From Methylococcaceae bacterium (lineage in GTDB: Bacteria; Pseudomonadota; Gammaproteobacteria; Methylococcales; Methylomonadaceae): a stretch of 64,000 nucleotides of DNA. The notes beneath the pieces were generated by a model. That model was given only the letters and a program-made list of their open reading frames with translations. It made no database searches and was not told the DNA's origin. Shown piece after piece: positions 31,384 through 40,980 of this stretch. The position numbers were made by a program, and so were the translations under genes. Location: contig JAGXGJ010000094.1 of assembly GCA_024636875.1 (NCBI GenBank), forward strand, positions 700 through 64,699. Reading direction: 5' to 3'. The first letter of the stretch is position 1; each line of letters opens with the position of its first letter.

Positions 31384-32337
31384 TTAATCTACGTAGAGCG
31401 AGCTAACCGATTCACCGACAGCCATACGTCTTATAGTTTCAGCCAGCATCTCTGCAACACTTAGCTGTCTTATTTTTCCTGAATCAACAGCATCCCGTCT
31501 CAACGGTATGGTATCGGTAACCACCAGCTCATCAAGTTCAGAGCCATTCAGATTTTTCATCGCAGAGCCTGACAATACTGCATGAGTACAATAGGCAACC
31601 ACTTTTATTGCCCCGTGTTTTTTTAAAGCAGCAGCGGCATGACACAGAGTCCCTGCTGTATCGACCAGATCATCAATCAGCACACAGCTGCGGCCATCAA
31701 CATCACCGATGATATGCATAATCTCCGAGACATTAGCCTTGGGCCTGCGCTTGTCTATAATGGCTAGATCAGCGTCATCCAGGCGCTTGGCAAGTGCTCG
31801 CGCTCTGACAACACCGCCAACATCCGGCGATACAACAATCAAATCTTTATACTGCTGCCGCCACACATCTCCTAAAAGAAGGGGCGACGAATAAACATTG
31901 TCTACAGGAATATCAAAAAAACCCTGAATTTGGTCGGCATGCAAATCAACTGTCAAAACGCGGTGAGCACCCGCTTGCTCAATCATTTTAGCAACCAGCT
32001 TGGCGGTTATTGGCACCCGGGCTGATCGTGAACGTCTATCTTGCCGCGCATAACCATAATAAGGCATTACTGCAGTAATCCGTGATGCTGAAGCCCGCTT
32101 GAGAGCATCAATCATCACCAGTAATTCCATTAAATTCTCATTAGTGGGCGAGCAGGTTGGCTGAATAATAAAAACATCCTTACCACGGACATTTTCTTGA
32201 ATTTCTACAGCAATCTCACCATCGCTAAATCTACCTACAGCCGCAATCCCCAGACGCATGTTGAGTTTTTTTGCTATTCCGTCAGACAAAGCCAGGTTAG
32301 CATTTCCAGAAAACACCATCATCGGGGTGTCATCCAT
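31384..32337 (-). CDS. prs: Ribose-phosphate pyrophosphokinase
   Basis: 317-aa ORF with the PRPP-binding site ([12 protein letters not shown]) and the YARQDRR motif. The start may be the ATG at 32322. Confidence 0.96.
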   Translation of the reverse strand: MDDTPMMVFSGNANLALSDGIAKKLNMRLGIAAVGRFSDGEIAVEIQENVRGKDVFIIQPTCSPTNENLMELLVMIDALKRASASRITAVMPYYGYARQDRRSRSARVPITAKLVAKMIEQAGAHRVLTVDLHADQIQGFFDIPVDNVYSSPLLLGDVWRQQYKDLIVVSPDVGGVVRARALAKRLDDADLAIIDKRRPKANVSEIMHIIGDVDGRSCVLIDDLVDTAGTLCHAAAALKKHGAIKVVAYCTHAVLSGSAMKNLNGSELDELVVTDTIPLRRDAVDSGKIRQLSVAEMLAETIRRMAVGESVSSLYVD

Positions 32338-32377
32338 TCAAGCACTCCCAAATTGAATTTAACCGAGTGGAGGTAAA

Positions 32378-32452
32378 TGGCTGGGTCGCAAGGATTCGAA
32401 CCTTGGTATGCGGAGATCAAAACCCCGTGCCTTACCGCTTGGCGACGACCCA
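32378..32452 (-). tRNA. tRNA-Gln (anticodon UUG)
   Basis: The reverse complement, TGGGTCGTCGCCAAGCGGTAAGGCACGGGGTTTTGATCTCCGCATACCAAGGTTCGAATCCTTGCGACCCAGCCA, folds as a cloverleaf. It has a 7-bp acceptor stem, anticodon loop TTTTGAT, a GGTTCGAATCC T-arm and an encoded CCA. Confidence 0.93.
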
Positions 32453-32465
32453 ATAATCAAGATAA

Positions 32466-33338
32466 CTATTTACCGATCTTCAGTTTTGAAATCAAAGGCG
32501 ATTCATTTACACCTTTACTCAAAAAAACCTGCCACTTATCTTTAAGCGACCGATAAGCGCTAACGGCTGCGCTTTCTGAATCAAACTGTGCAAAAACACA
32601 AGCCCCTGTTCCGGTTAGCCTTGCCTCTGAAAATCTGGACAAATCAACCAATGCATCCTTAACAATCGGGTAAAGCTGACATACCACCTCGACGCAATCG
32701 TTTTGGTGTTGGCCCGCTATAAAGTCGGCTATTTTGATCGATTTGCTGTTGCGTGTCAAATTTTTAGATGAAAATATTTCTTTTGTATTTACATGGCACT
32801 CAGGCTTTATAACCACAAGCCAGTGTTCCTTGATGCTGATTTTCTCCAGTTTTTCACCCACGCCTTCCGCCCATGATGAATTGCCATACACAAACACCGG
32901 CACATCGGCACCCAAAGCCAGCCCCAGTTCCATCAATTTCTCCATCGATAGATGCAGACCCCACAATTCATTCAATACCACCAACGTGGTTGCGGCATCA
33001 GAGCTACCGCCGCCAAGACCACCCCCCATGGGCAGGTTTTTTTCCACTTCAATGCGGACGCCCGACTCACATCCTGTTGCCGCTTTTAACAGCTTCGCCG
33101 CTCTAACCGTTAAATCATCTGCCTCTGCCACGCCTGGAATCGGTTTTTGCAAGCTCACTCGTCCATCATCAACAGGGTGAAATGTTATCCAGTCACACAA
33201 ATCAATAAATTGAAACACCGTTTGCAACAAATGATAACCATCAGGTCTTTGTCCAACAATCCTCAACATTAGATTCAACTTTGCCGGTGCCGGCCATTTT
33301 CCCGGCCATGCAGATTGATCATATTGTTTTTGCGACAT
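32466..33338 (-). CDS. ispE: 4-diphosphocytidyl-2-C-methyl-D-erythritol kinase
   Basis: 290-aa GHMP kinase (KLNLMLRIVG.., PMGGGLGGGSSDAA). Confidence 0.94.
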   Translation of the reverse strand: MSQKQYDQSAWPGKWPAPAKLNLMLRIVGQRPDGYHLLQTVFQFIDLCDWITFHPVDDGRVSLQKPIPGVAEADDLTVRAAKLLKAATGCESGVRIEVEKNLPMGGGLGGGSSDAATTLVVLNELWGLHLSMEKLMELGLALGADVPVFVYGNSSWAEGVGEKLEKISIKEHWLVVIKPECHVNTKEIFSSKNLTRNSKSIKIADFIAGQHQNDCVEVVCQLYPIVKDALVDLSRFSEARLTGTGACVFAQFDSESAAVSAYRSLKDKWQVFLSKGVNESPLISKLKIGK

Positions 33339-33915
33339 TTAAAACCCATTGATCTATGAATAATTTTAATTTGACCCGCTCATTTGTAACTGTGATTTTA
33401 CGCGGCATAGACTGAGCATCGACTTGCTGCATCTGCCAGTATTCTATCAACCATCCTCCCTGCGTAAAACCAGTAGCAGTCTCCACAAATGCACGGCCTG
33501 GTTCGGGCAGGCCCACCACCCAATAGCGCAGGGAACGTACCGGTACAAACATACCCAACTGTTGGTTAATAAACTCTTCAGGCTGAGTTGATGATTGCAC
33601 GTCATCATCCCCGCGATCTATCGTGACCAGATCACCTGTTAATTGAATAACAGTTGCACCCTGCCCCAAGGGACCACTTAACTTTATTTTCTCATTATCA
33701 GGCCGGTGCCCCCAGTTTATGCTTGCCTGCCAGGAATCATTGTTTCCGGTTAATGCCAAGCGGCCTTCAAGTGACCATCGCTCCATCTGGTAAAGATGCT
33801 CTCTTGCTATCTTTGAATAATGAACTTCCGTCTCTACAGGCACAGTAGTACAGGCCGACAACATCAATATAAAACAGCACCAACCCGGCCACTTTGCTTT
33901 AATACTTGACATCAC
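33319..33915 (-). CDS. lolB: Outer-membrane lipoprotein LolB
   Basis: 198-aa ORF with lipobox LSAC, in the conserved position upstream of ispE. Confidence 0.85.
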   Translation of the reverse strand: MMSSIKAKWPGWCCFILMLSACTTVPVETEVHYSKIAREHLYQMERWSLEGRLALTGNNDSWQASINWGHRPDNEKIKLSGPLGQGATVIQLTGDLVTIDRGDDDVQSSTQPEEFINQQLGMFVPVRSLRYWVVGLPEPGRAFVETATGFTQGGWLIEYWQMQQVDAQSMPRKITVTNERVKLKLFIDQWVLNVAKTI

Positions 33916-35666
33916 TAGTGCGCGCCGTTCAATATTCTTCGTTGAAAATCCAATAGATATTCATCTTCCGGGGAGTCTTTAATGGCTTTATTAAACAGCT
34001 CTCTAGCCTCATCTTTTCTACCTGAAGCCCACAGTGCCTCGGCAAGATGGGCGGCTATCTCATTTTCCTGCTGCTTTTGGTATGCCTGTTGAAGATACTT
34101 CAGGGCCTTTTCAGTATTGCCTAATTTAAACTGCAACCAGCCATAACTGTCGATGATCACTGCTTCATTTGGCCGAAGCCTGAGCGCCTTCTGGAGATAT
34201 TTTTCAGCCTCAACATATCGCTCAGGCTTGCTTAACAAGGTATATCCCAGGGCATTTAAAGCCTCTACATTATCCGGCTCCTGAGCCAATATTTTTTTCA
34301 GATCAGCTTCCACGACTTCTGATCTTCCAATACGCTCCGCTATTAATGCACGGGTATACAACAGCTCTTTTTGATCGGGTGAATCGGCTAATGCTTTTGT
34401 CAATAAATTAAAGGCCTGCTCGTACTGTTTTTGCTGATTATACAGCTCTGCCTGAACCAACAGAATACGCTGCTTTTGTTTCGGAAACTTCGCTTGCAAT
34501 GTACTTAGCCGATAATTGGCATTATTGAATTGTTTATCTTTTGCAAGCAAAGAAATCGCTGATAACGATGCCTCAAAAACTAACGGCCCGTCCGTTACCT
34601 TGTCAAACCAGGCTAGCGCTTTTTTCGTATGCCCCCGTTTTTCTTCAATTTTCCCTAAATAAAAACTGGCCTGATATTGCCATTCCGTATATTCCAACAG
34701 TTTTTTAAAAACATCTTCAGCCTGATCGACCTGATCCAATTGCAGATATATCAATCCCAGTGCAAATTGACTTTCATAATCTTTGGGATCAACCGCTATC
34801 ATATTCTGATAGACCTCGCCGGCTTGTTGATATTCCTCGGCCTTGATTAACACCTGCGCCAGCAGTTTTTTAATTTTGTTATTATCAGGATACTTGTTGG
34901 ATGCTGCTTTTAACAGTGATACTGCTGTATTCAAATCGCCTGAAAACGCCGCGATCTGGGCTTGAAAAATCATTGCCTTATCCCAATCGGGTTTCAGCTT
35001 CAATGCCTGTTGTATATTTTTTTCAGCCAGCTTTTTATCTTTCATTTGCATAGCCAACAGTGACTGCATAAAATATAACTCGGCCTGATTCGGGTGCTGC
35101 AACGACAAAGCCCCCAGCACATCGTAAAGAAGGGGTACCTTAGCGTCCTTTTGTAATACATTGGCCAATTCAAGGACCGCGTTTTCAAAACCTGCCGGAT
35201 CAACCTCAAGCAAAACAGTTAAGTGCTCAACGGCAACTTGCTTATTTCCAGCGCTTAAGGCCGATAAAGCCGCAATTTTATGCGCGGTCGGATTTTTGGG
35301 ATCCTGACGCAGCCATAAAGCGACCGCTTCATCGGTCTTATCCTTATCTTTCATGTACATGGCAATCATTGCCGCCCTTTCTGCAAACCTTGGGTCCTGC
35401 ACACGCTTGGCGGCTTCCAGATAACCCTCCAGGGCAATTTCATATTGCCCTCTTTGTCCGGCAAGCTCTGCCGTCAACAGCATAAATAACACATCAGGAT
35501 CAATTGAAGTTTTTACTTCTTTTTGTTGCTTTTTTCCTTCTGACTCAGCTATTTTAACAGGGGCAACAGATTGTTCCTGCCCACCGGGTTTCGCAGGCGA
35601 AGTAGTGCAGCCATTAAGCCACATAAAGACTATTACTGAAAACACTCTAAAAATTAACACACACAA
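33915..35666 (-). CDS. TPR-repeat lipoprotein
   Basis: 583-aa ORF with lipobox LNGC and many 34-residue TPR-like units (..A...Y..AL...P.N..A..). A TPR gene upstream of lolB is common in gammaproteobacteria. Confidence 0.8.
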   Translation of the reverse strand: MCVLIFRVFSVIVFMWLNGCTTSPAKPGGQEQSVAPVKIAESEGKKQQKEVKTSIDPDVLFMLLTAELAGQRGQYEIALEGYLEAAKRVQDPRFAERAAMIAMYMKDKDKTDEAVALWLRQDPKNPTAHKIAALSALSAGNKQVAVEHLTVLLEVDPAGFENAVLELANVLQKDAKVPLLYDVLGALSLQHPNQAELYFMQSLLAMQMKDKKLAEKNIQQALKLKPDWDKAMIFQAQIAAFSGDLNTAVSLLKAASNKYPDNNKIKKLLAQVLIKAEEYQQAGEVYQNMIAVDPKDYESQFALGLIYLQLDQVDQAEDVFKKLLEYTEWQYQASFYLGKIEEKRGHTKKALAWFDKVTDGPLVFEASLSAISLLAKDKQFNNANYRLSTLQAKFPKQKQRILLVQAELYNQQKQYEQAFNLLTKALADSPDQKELLYTRALIAERIGRSEVVEADLKKILAQEPDNVEALNALGYTLLSKPERYVEAEKYLQKALRLRPNEAVIIDSYGWLQFKLGNTEKALKYLQQAYQKQQENEIAAHLAEALWASGRKDEARELFNKAIKDSPEDEYLLDFQRRILNGAH

Positions 35667-35933
35667 TCCTATTTTTTAGTCAATACACTATAGCATTATA
35701 GATTATCAGAAAAACCCGTTAATTTAGACAGCTGATTTAATCCATTTGGATAAAGTCTTTATATTTCTTAGAATACGGCAACATAATACAGGGGTATTTT
35801 GTCGGAAACCATTAGATCCGGATACATGTTATAAAAACTGACGAACGGTTGCAGGAAACCGGGGAAAAAATTATTTCCTTGTAACATCCGCCCAAACATC
35901 TAACTTGAATATACACTTTTAACCATTAATATT

Positions 35934-37193
35934 ATGACACTTCTTGCCGTAGGGATTAATTACCATACCGCACCGGTTTCCATACGTGAACGCCTGTCAT
36001 TCCCTGCCGACATACTGGAATCATCGCTACAGGAGCTATGGCGCCTCAAAGAGATCAGTGGAGCCGCCATTCTTTCGACGTGTAATCGCACCGAGTTTTA
36101 CTGCACATCCAGCACCGCCAACCAGCAAATTCTGATTGATTGGGTAGCTCAAAGCAAGCAGATCAATACTGCTGATTTTGCTCCCTATCTGTATTGTCAT
36201 ACAGACAGGTCTGTGTGTCGTCATATATTTAGGGTCGCATGCGGGCTTGACTCGATGATTTTGGGTGAACCGCAAATTCTTGGACAAATGAAAACTGCCT
36301 ATCAGGCTGCTTACCATGCGGGCACTTTAGGCAAACGTCTAGGCAGACTCTTTCAGCACACATTTACCGCTGCTAAAAAAGTACGTACCGATACTGCTAT
36401 TGGTTCCAGCCCCGTATCGGTTGCCTTCGCTGCCGTTCAACTGGCACAGCAAATTTTCGATAAACTCAGCGAACAGACCGCTTTACTCATAGGCGCTGGT
36501 GAAACCATAGAGCTAACCGCGCGGCATTTATCCCAACAAGGTATCGGCCGCATCATTATCGCCAACCGTACCTATGACAAAGCGCACACCCTGGCTGCAC
36601 AGTTTAATGGCTATGCGATTGCTTTGTCCGAATTACCTATACATCTGTCTGAAGCTGATATCGTTATTTCTTCAACAGCCAGTCAATTGCCGATACTGGG
36701 CAAAGGCCGCGTGGAAAGCGCACTTAAAAAGCGCAAACATAAACCCATGTTTATGGTAGACCTTGCTGTACCACGCGATATTGAAGCCGAGGTTGAACAG
36801 CTTAGAGATGTCTATCTTTACACCGTTGACGATTTGCAACAAACGATAGATCAAAACATGAACTCGCGCCGGCTGGCAGCAGAACAGGCTGAGGAAATAA
36901 TCGACACACAGGTTGATTATTTTTTAGCCTGGTTACGCGCCCAGGGTGCACAATCAACGATTCGTGATTACCGCCATCAAGCCGAACTATCCCGTGATGA
37001 AACTTTAAAAAAAGCGCTGGCGTTACTGAAAAATGGCGTCCCTGCTGAAGAAGCCCTTAATCGACTCGCTTACAGCCTGACCAACAAACTCATTCATACG
37101 CCCAGCACCCAAATCAGAGCAGCCGCCGAAAACGAACGCCACGACTTGATTGCCGCTGCCCGTGAAATTTTTAAATTAACCCAATCTCAATGA
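35934..37193 (+). CDS. hemA: Glutamyl-tRNA reductase
   Basis: 419-aa ORF with active-site segment [11 protein letters not shown] and NADPH site [10 protein letters not shown]. Confidence 0.96.
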   Translation: MTLLAVGINYHTAPVSIRERLSFPADILESSLQELWRLKEISGAAILSTCNRTEFYCTSSTANQQILIDWVAQSKQINTADFAPYLYCHTDRSVCRHIFRVACGLDSMILGEPQILGQMKTAYQAAYHAGTLGKRLGRLFQHTFTAAKKVRTDTAIGSSPVSVAFAAVQLAQQIFDKLSEQTALLIGAGETIELTARHLSQQGIGRIIIANRTYDKAHTLAAQFNGYAIALSELPIHLSEADIVISSTASQLPILGKGRVESALKKRKHKPMFMVDLAVPRDIEAEVEQLRDVYLYTVDDLQQTIDQNMNSRRLAAEQAEEIIDTQVDYFLAWLRAQGAQSTIRDYRHQAELSRDETLKKALALLKNGVPAEEALNRLAYSLTNKLIHTPSTQIRAAAENERHDLIAAAREIFKLTQSQ

Positions 37194-38275
37194 AACACTC
37201 AATTCAAGTTAAACTGGAAAATCTCTGCGAAAGTTATGACGAAATCGCCGCCTTGCTTTCAGAACCCGAGGTGCAAAGCAATCAAAACAAATTTCGCACG
37301 CTGAGCCAGGAATATGCCCAAATCGGCCCATTGGTTGATTGTTACAAACGCCATGACCAAGCCTTAAAAATGATCGCTTCAGCCAGGGAAATGGCCAACG
37401 ACGCAGACCCCGAATTAAGGGAATTAGCCAAAGAAGAAGTCCAGGACGCGGAAGCTCTGATTGAAGCACTCGAGCACGAATTACAAGTATTACTGCTGCC
37501 CAAAGATCCCAACGACAATCGCAATATTTTCCTGGAAATACGCGCAGGCACGGGCGGCGATGAAGCAGCGATTTTCTCAGGCGACCTAAGCCGTATGTAT
37601 CAACGCTATGCCGAAAGGAAAGGCTGGCAAACAGAAATTATCAGTGAAAGCCCGGGCGATCACGGCGGCTACAAAGAAGTTATTTTACGCGTTTCCGGGC
37701 ACGATGTGTATTCACAATTAAAATTTGAATCCGGCGCTCACCGTGTACAGCGGGTGCCGGAAACCGAATCACAAGGGCGCATTCATACCTCCGCCTGTAC
37801 CGTAGCGATCATGCCCGAGGTCGATGAAGTCGATGCCATCGACATCAACCCGGCCGACCTTAAAGTGGATACCTACCGCGCATCAGGAGCAGGTGGACAG
37901 CACATCAATAAAACCGAATCTGCGATACGGATTACCCATATTCCTTCGGGCGTGGTAGTGGAATGCCAGGACGAACGTTCACAGCACAAAAACCGCGCCA
38001 GAGCCATGTCTTTACTGGCATCCCGCTTGCTCTCAGCAGAACAGGAAAAACACAATGCAGAACAATCAGCAACCCGAAAACTGCAAGTCGGCAGCGGCGA
38101 CCGTTCCGAGCGTATCCGCACCTACAATTATCCGCAAGGCCGCCTGACCGATCACCGCATCAACCTGACGCTGTATAAACTGGATGACATCATGCAGGGT
38201 GGACTGGAACAGGTTATTCAGCCGCTGATTAGCGAACATCAGGCGGAACTTTTAACCCAGCTTGGCGAAGATTAG
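37190..38275 (+). CDS. prfA: Peptide chain release factor 1
   Basis: 361-aa ORF with the GGQ motif ([10 protein letters not shown]) and the PxT region. ATGA overlap with hemA. Confidence 0.97.
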   Translation: MKHSIQVKLENLCESYDEIAALLSEPEVQSNQNKFRTLSQEYAQIGPLVDCYKRHDQALKMIASAREMANDADPELRELAKEEVQDAEALIEALEHELQVLLLPKDPNDNRNIFLEIRAGTGGDEAAIFSGDLSRMYQRYAERKGWQTEIISESPGDHGGYKEVILRVSGHDVYSQLKFESGAHRVQRVPETESQGRIHTSACTVAIMPEVDEVDAIDINPADLKVDTYRASGAGGQHINKTESAIRITHIPSGVVVECQDERSQHKNRARAMSLLASRLLSAEQEKHNAEQSATRKLQVGSGDRSERIRTYNYPQGRLTDHRINLTLYKLDDIMQGGLEQVIQPLISEHQAELLTQLGED

Positions 38276-38280
38276 GTTTA

Positions 38281-39120
38281 ATGCAGCGTATAAAATCTGT
38301 GCTGGAAGAAGCGGCAAGTACACTTGCATCATGCTCTGATTCAGCATTACTGGATGCAGAAGTATTGCTGTGCCTGATTCTTGATAAACAACGCTCGTAT
38401 CTTCGCGCCTGGCCCGATAAACCATTGCAGCCTGAACAGATAAACAGATTTTCGACATTGATAAAAAAAAGGCAAAAAGGTATCCCTATAGCCTATATCA
38501 CTGGCAGCCGGGAATTCTGGTCGCGGGATTTTCACGTCACGCCGGATGTCTTGATCCCCCGTCCCGAAACTGAATTGCTCATCGAACTCAGCCTGAAACT
38601 GATACCGGCCGATAAACCGATCAAGATCATGGATCTCGGTACCGGCTCAGGCATTATAGCCATCACGCTGGCTGCAGAACGTCCACATGCGCAAGTCAGT
38701 GCAGCCGATGTCAGTAGGGCTGCGCTGCGCATCGCCCGGCTCAACGCCAACAAACACCACACTAATAACATTCAGTTTTATCAAAGCGACTGGTTTGCCA
38801 ATGCGCCTGATGGCAAATTCAACCTGATTGCCAGCAACCCTCCGTACATCGCAGAGAACGATGACCATCTGCAGCAAGGCGACATCCGCTTTGAACCTCA
38901 AACAGCCTTGTGTGCCGCCGATCAGGGACTCCGTGACATCAAGATCATTGCCGATACTGCGCGTAGCCGTCTGGAAGCCAGTGGACACTTACTAATTGAA
39001 CATGGCTACGATCAACAAGGCCGTGTTCAAGCCATTTTTAAACATTTCCATTATGATAACGTTCAAACAGTCACCGACCTATCCGGTCAACCCCGGGTTA
39101 CTTACGGGCAATGGAATTAA
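38281..39120 (+). CDS. prmC: Release factor glutamine N5-methyltransferase
   Basis: 279-aa ORF with a SAM site (DLGTGSGIIAI) and the NPPY motif (ASNPPYI). Confidence 0.94.
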   Translation: MQRIKSVLEEAASTLASCSDSALLDAEVLLCLILDKQRSYLRAWPDKPLQPEQINRFSTLIKKRQKGIPIAYITGSREFWSRDFHVTPDVLIPRPETELLIELSLKLIPADKPIKIMDLGTGSGIIAITLAAERPHAQVSAADVSRAALRIARLNANKHHTNNIQFYQSDWFANAPDGKFNLIASNPPYIAENDDHLQQGDIRFEPQTALCAADQGLRDIKIIADTARSRLEASGHLLIEHGYDQQGRVQAIFKHFHYDNVQTVTDLSGQPRVTYGQWN

Positions 39121-39144
39121 AACATGGGGACGAATATGTCGCCA

Positions 39145-39172
39145 CTTGAACCTTGAACCTTGAACCTTGAAC
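39145..39172. repeat. Tandem heptamer repeat (CTTGAAC) x4
   Basis: Four perfect tandem copies (cttgaac cttgaac cttgaac cttgaac) plus a partial ctga, ending 5 nt before the ATG of the JAMM gene. Confidence 0.9.
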
Positions 39173-39177
39173 CTGAT

Positions 39178-39600
39178 ATGAAGACTCCAGAAGAAATCCA
39201 GATCCCCCGTAAAATAACCAACCAATTACTGCATCTTGCGCAAATCTCACCTGACTTTGAAGTATGTGGACTTATCGGCAGTAAAAATGGCTTGCCGAGC
39301 CATTGCTATCCGGTAAAAAATTCCGCCGAAATTCCCCGGCAACGGTTTCTGCTTGATGCGAAGCAACAAATCGCGGCCATGGCTAAAATGCGTGAACTGG
39401 GAGAAGAGCTTTTCGCCATCTACCATTCCCACCCGGCTGCACCGGCATTACCGTCAAGTGCTGATTTAGAACTGTCGGCTTACCCTGATGCGCTGTACCT
39501 GATCATTTCACTCAATACCAAAGGTATCCTGGAAATGCGCGGTTTTAAAATAAACCAAAAAACCGCACTGGAAATACCATTGATTTTGAGCGATGATTAA
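39178..39600 (+). CDS. Mov34/MPN/JAMM-family metalloprotease
   Basis: The JAMM motif is complete: E (FEVCGLIGS) followed by HSHPAAPALPSSAD (HxHx7Sx2D). The ATG at 39178 is preferred over the TTG at 39160, which lies inside the heptamer repeat. Confidence 0.85.
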   Translation: MKTPEEIQIPRKITNQLLHLAQISPDFEVCGLIGSKNGLPSHCYPVKNSAEIPRQRFLLDAKQQIAAMAKMRELGEELFAIYHSHPAAPALPSSADLELSAYPDALYLIISLNTKGILEMRGFKINQKTALEIPLILSDD

Positions 39601-39711
39601 TCAGTCAATCTAAACAAGCACAAGCGAAAACTCGAACTGAATTAATTGCGTGTATTCGTAATCATCTGTCACAATAACATACTATGTGTGGCTAACTAAA
39701 AGGACGGCTAA

Positions 39712-40980
39712 ATGACCGAGATAACTGAAGTACCGAGTCCTTTTTGCGGTATCGGCACGGATGATCTGACCATCAGGGTTGATGGTGTATCGCTGAAAGT
39801 AATTGAGAATGGCTGTGCAGTTAATACGCCTGCGTTTGAGCAGGCGGTTACCGATACCAGCCCCCGGGTTGACGGCAAAGAAGTCAGTCTGGAAGTTGCC
39901 ATAGCCGCAGCCGCGGCTTTGTTAAAAGACACCGGGCTGCCCGTGATCGGCGGCTGTGCAACCGATGTCAATGGCATGCGTGGTTTGCTGGCGTTGGCGG
40001 ACCGCTGCGGCGCCGTGGTCGATAACATGAATTTCACCGGTGCACGCAATAACTTTCTGGCGCTGCAAGATTCCGGCTGGATGAATACCACGCTGGCGGA
40101 AGTTAAAAATCGCTGTGATTTGTTGCTGGTTGTCGGTACGGATTTGGAAGCCTTTGCACCGCGCTTTTTTGAGCGTTATCTGTGGAATAAACAAGCCATG
40201 TTCCTGGATGATACCGGTCATCGAGAAGTCATCTATTTGGGTAAAACGCCTTCGGGTGATGCATCAAGCACGCCAAGCGGTCAAAAAGCGCAGGTAAGTG
40301 AATGTGCAACTGAAGATTTGCCGGAAGTCGTTGCCGTATTGAGGTCTCTGGTGAAAGGGCAGCCGATACGCGCTGAATCGGTTTGCGGCATAGCAGTGGC
40401 TGATTTACAAACTATTGCCGATAAATTCAAAGCGGCCAAATATAGTGTGGTCACCTGGGCTGCAGGCGCTTTAACGTACAATCATGCGGAATTAACCGTA
40501 CAGACGCTATCAGAAATGATCAAGGATATTAATAATCAAAATACCCGTTGTTCCGGCTTGCCCTTGGGCGGCAAGGAAGGTGATCAAACAGCTAATCAGG
40601 TCTGCGGTTGGACAACAGGTTATCCTGCGCGGACCCGTTTTTCCAGGGGTTATCCTGAATACGATCCTTACTTGAACGACACTGTATTTTTGCTGGCCAG
40701 TGGCGAGGCAGATGCTTTGGTTTGGGTGCAGGCATTTAATGTCAATGCGGTGCCGCCGGTAGCGGAATTGCCTACTATTGTGGTTGGCCGTTCAGGAATG
40801 ACTTTCATAAAGGAGCCGGATGTATTTATTCCTGTGGGTACACCGGGCATTGATCATGCCGGCTACGCCTATCGCATGGATAACGTGGTCGCCATTCGCC
40901 TGAAGAAATTGCGCGACGCCGGCTTGCCCAGTACAGCTCAGGTATTGAATGCCATTGAACAAGCTTTGCAGGAAAGATAA
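39712..40980 (+). CDS. fhcB: Formyltransferase/hydrolase complex subunit B (formylmethanofuran dehydrogenase subunit B homologue)
   Basis: 422-aa FwdB/FmdB-like protein. It is the first gene of four translationally coupled fhc genes. Confidence 0.85.
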   Translation: MTEITEVPSPFCGIGTDDLTIRVDGVSLKVIENGCAVNTPAFEQAVTDTSPRVDGKEVSLEVAIAAAAALLKDTGLPVIGGCATDVNGMRGLLALADRCGAVVDNMNFTGARNNFLALQDSGWMNTTLAEVKNRCDLLLVVGTDLEAFAPRFFERYLWNKQAMFLDDTGHREVIYLGKTPSGDASSTPSGQKAQVSECATEDLPEVVAVLRSLVKGQPIRAESVCGIAVADLQTIADKFKAAKYSVVTWAAGALTYNHAELTVQTLSEMIKDINNQNTRCSGLPLGGKEGDQTANQVCGWTTGYPARTRFSRGYPEYDPYLNDTVFLLASGEADALVWVQAFNVNAVPPVAELPTIVVGRSGMTFIKEPDVFIPVGTPGIDHAGYAYRMDNVVAIRLKKLRDAGLPSTAQVLNAIEQALQER

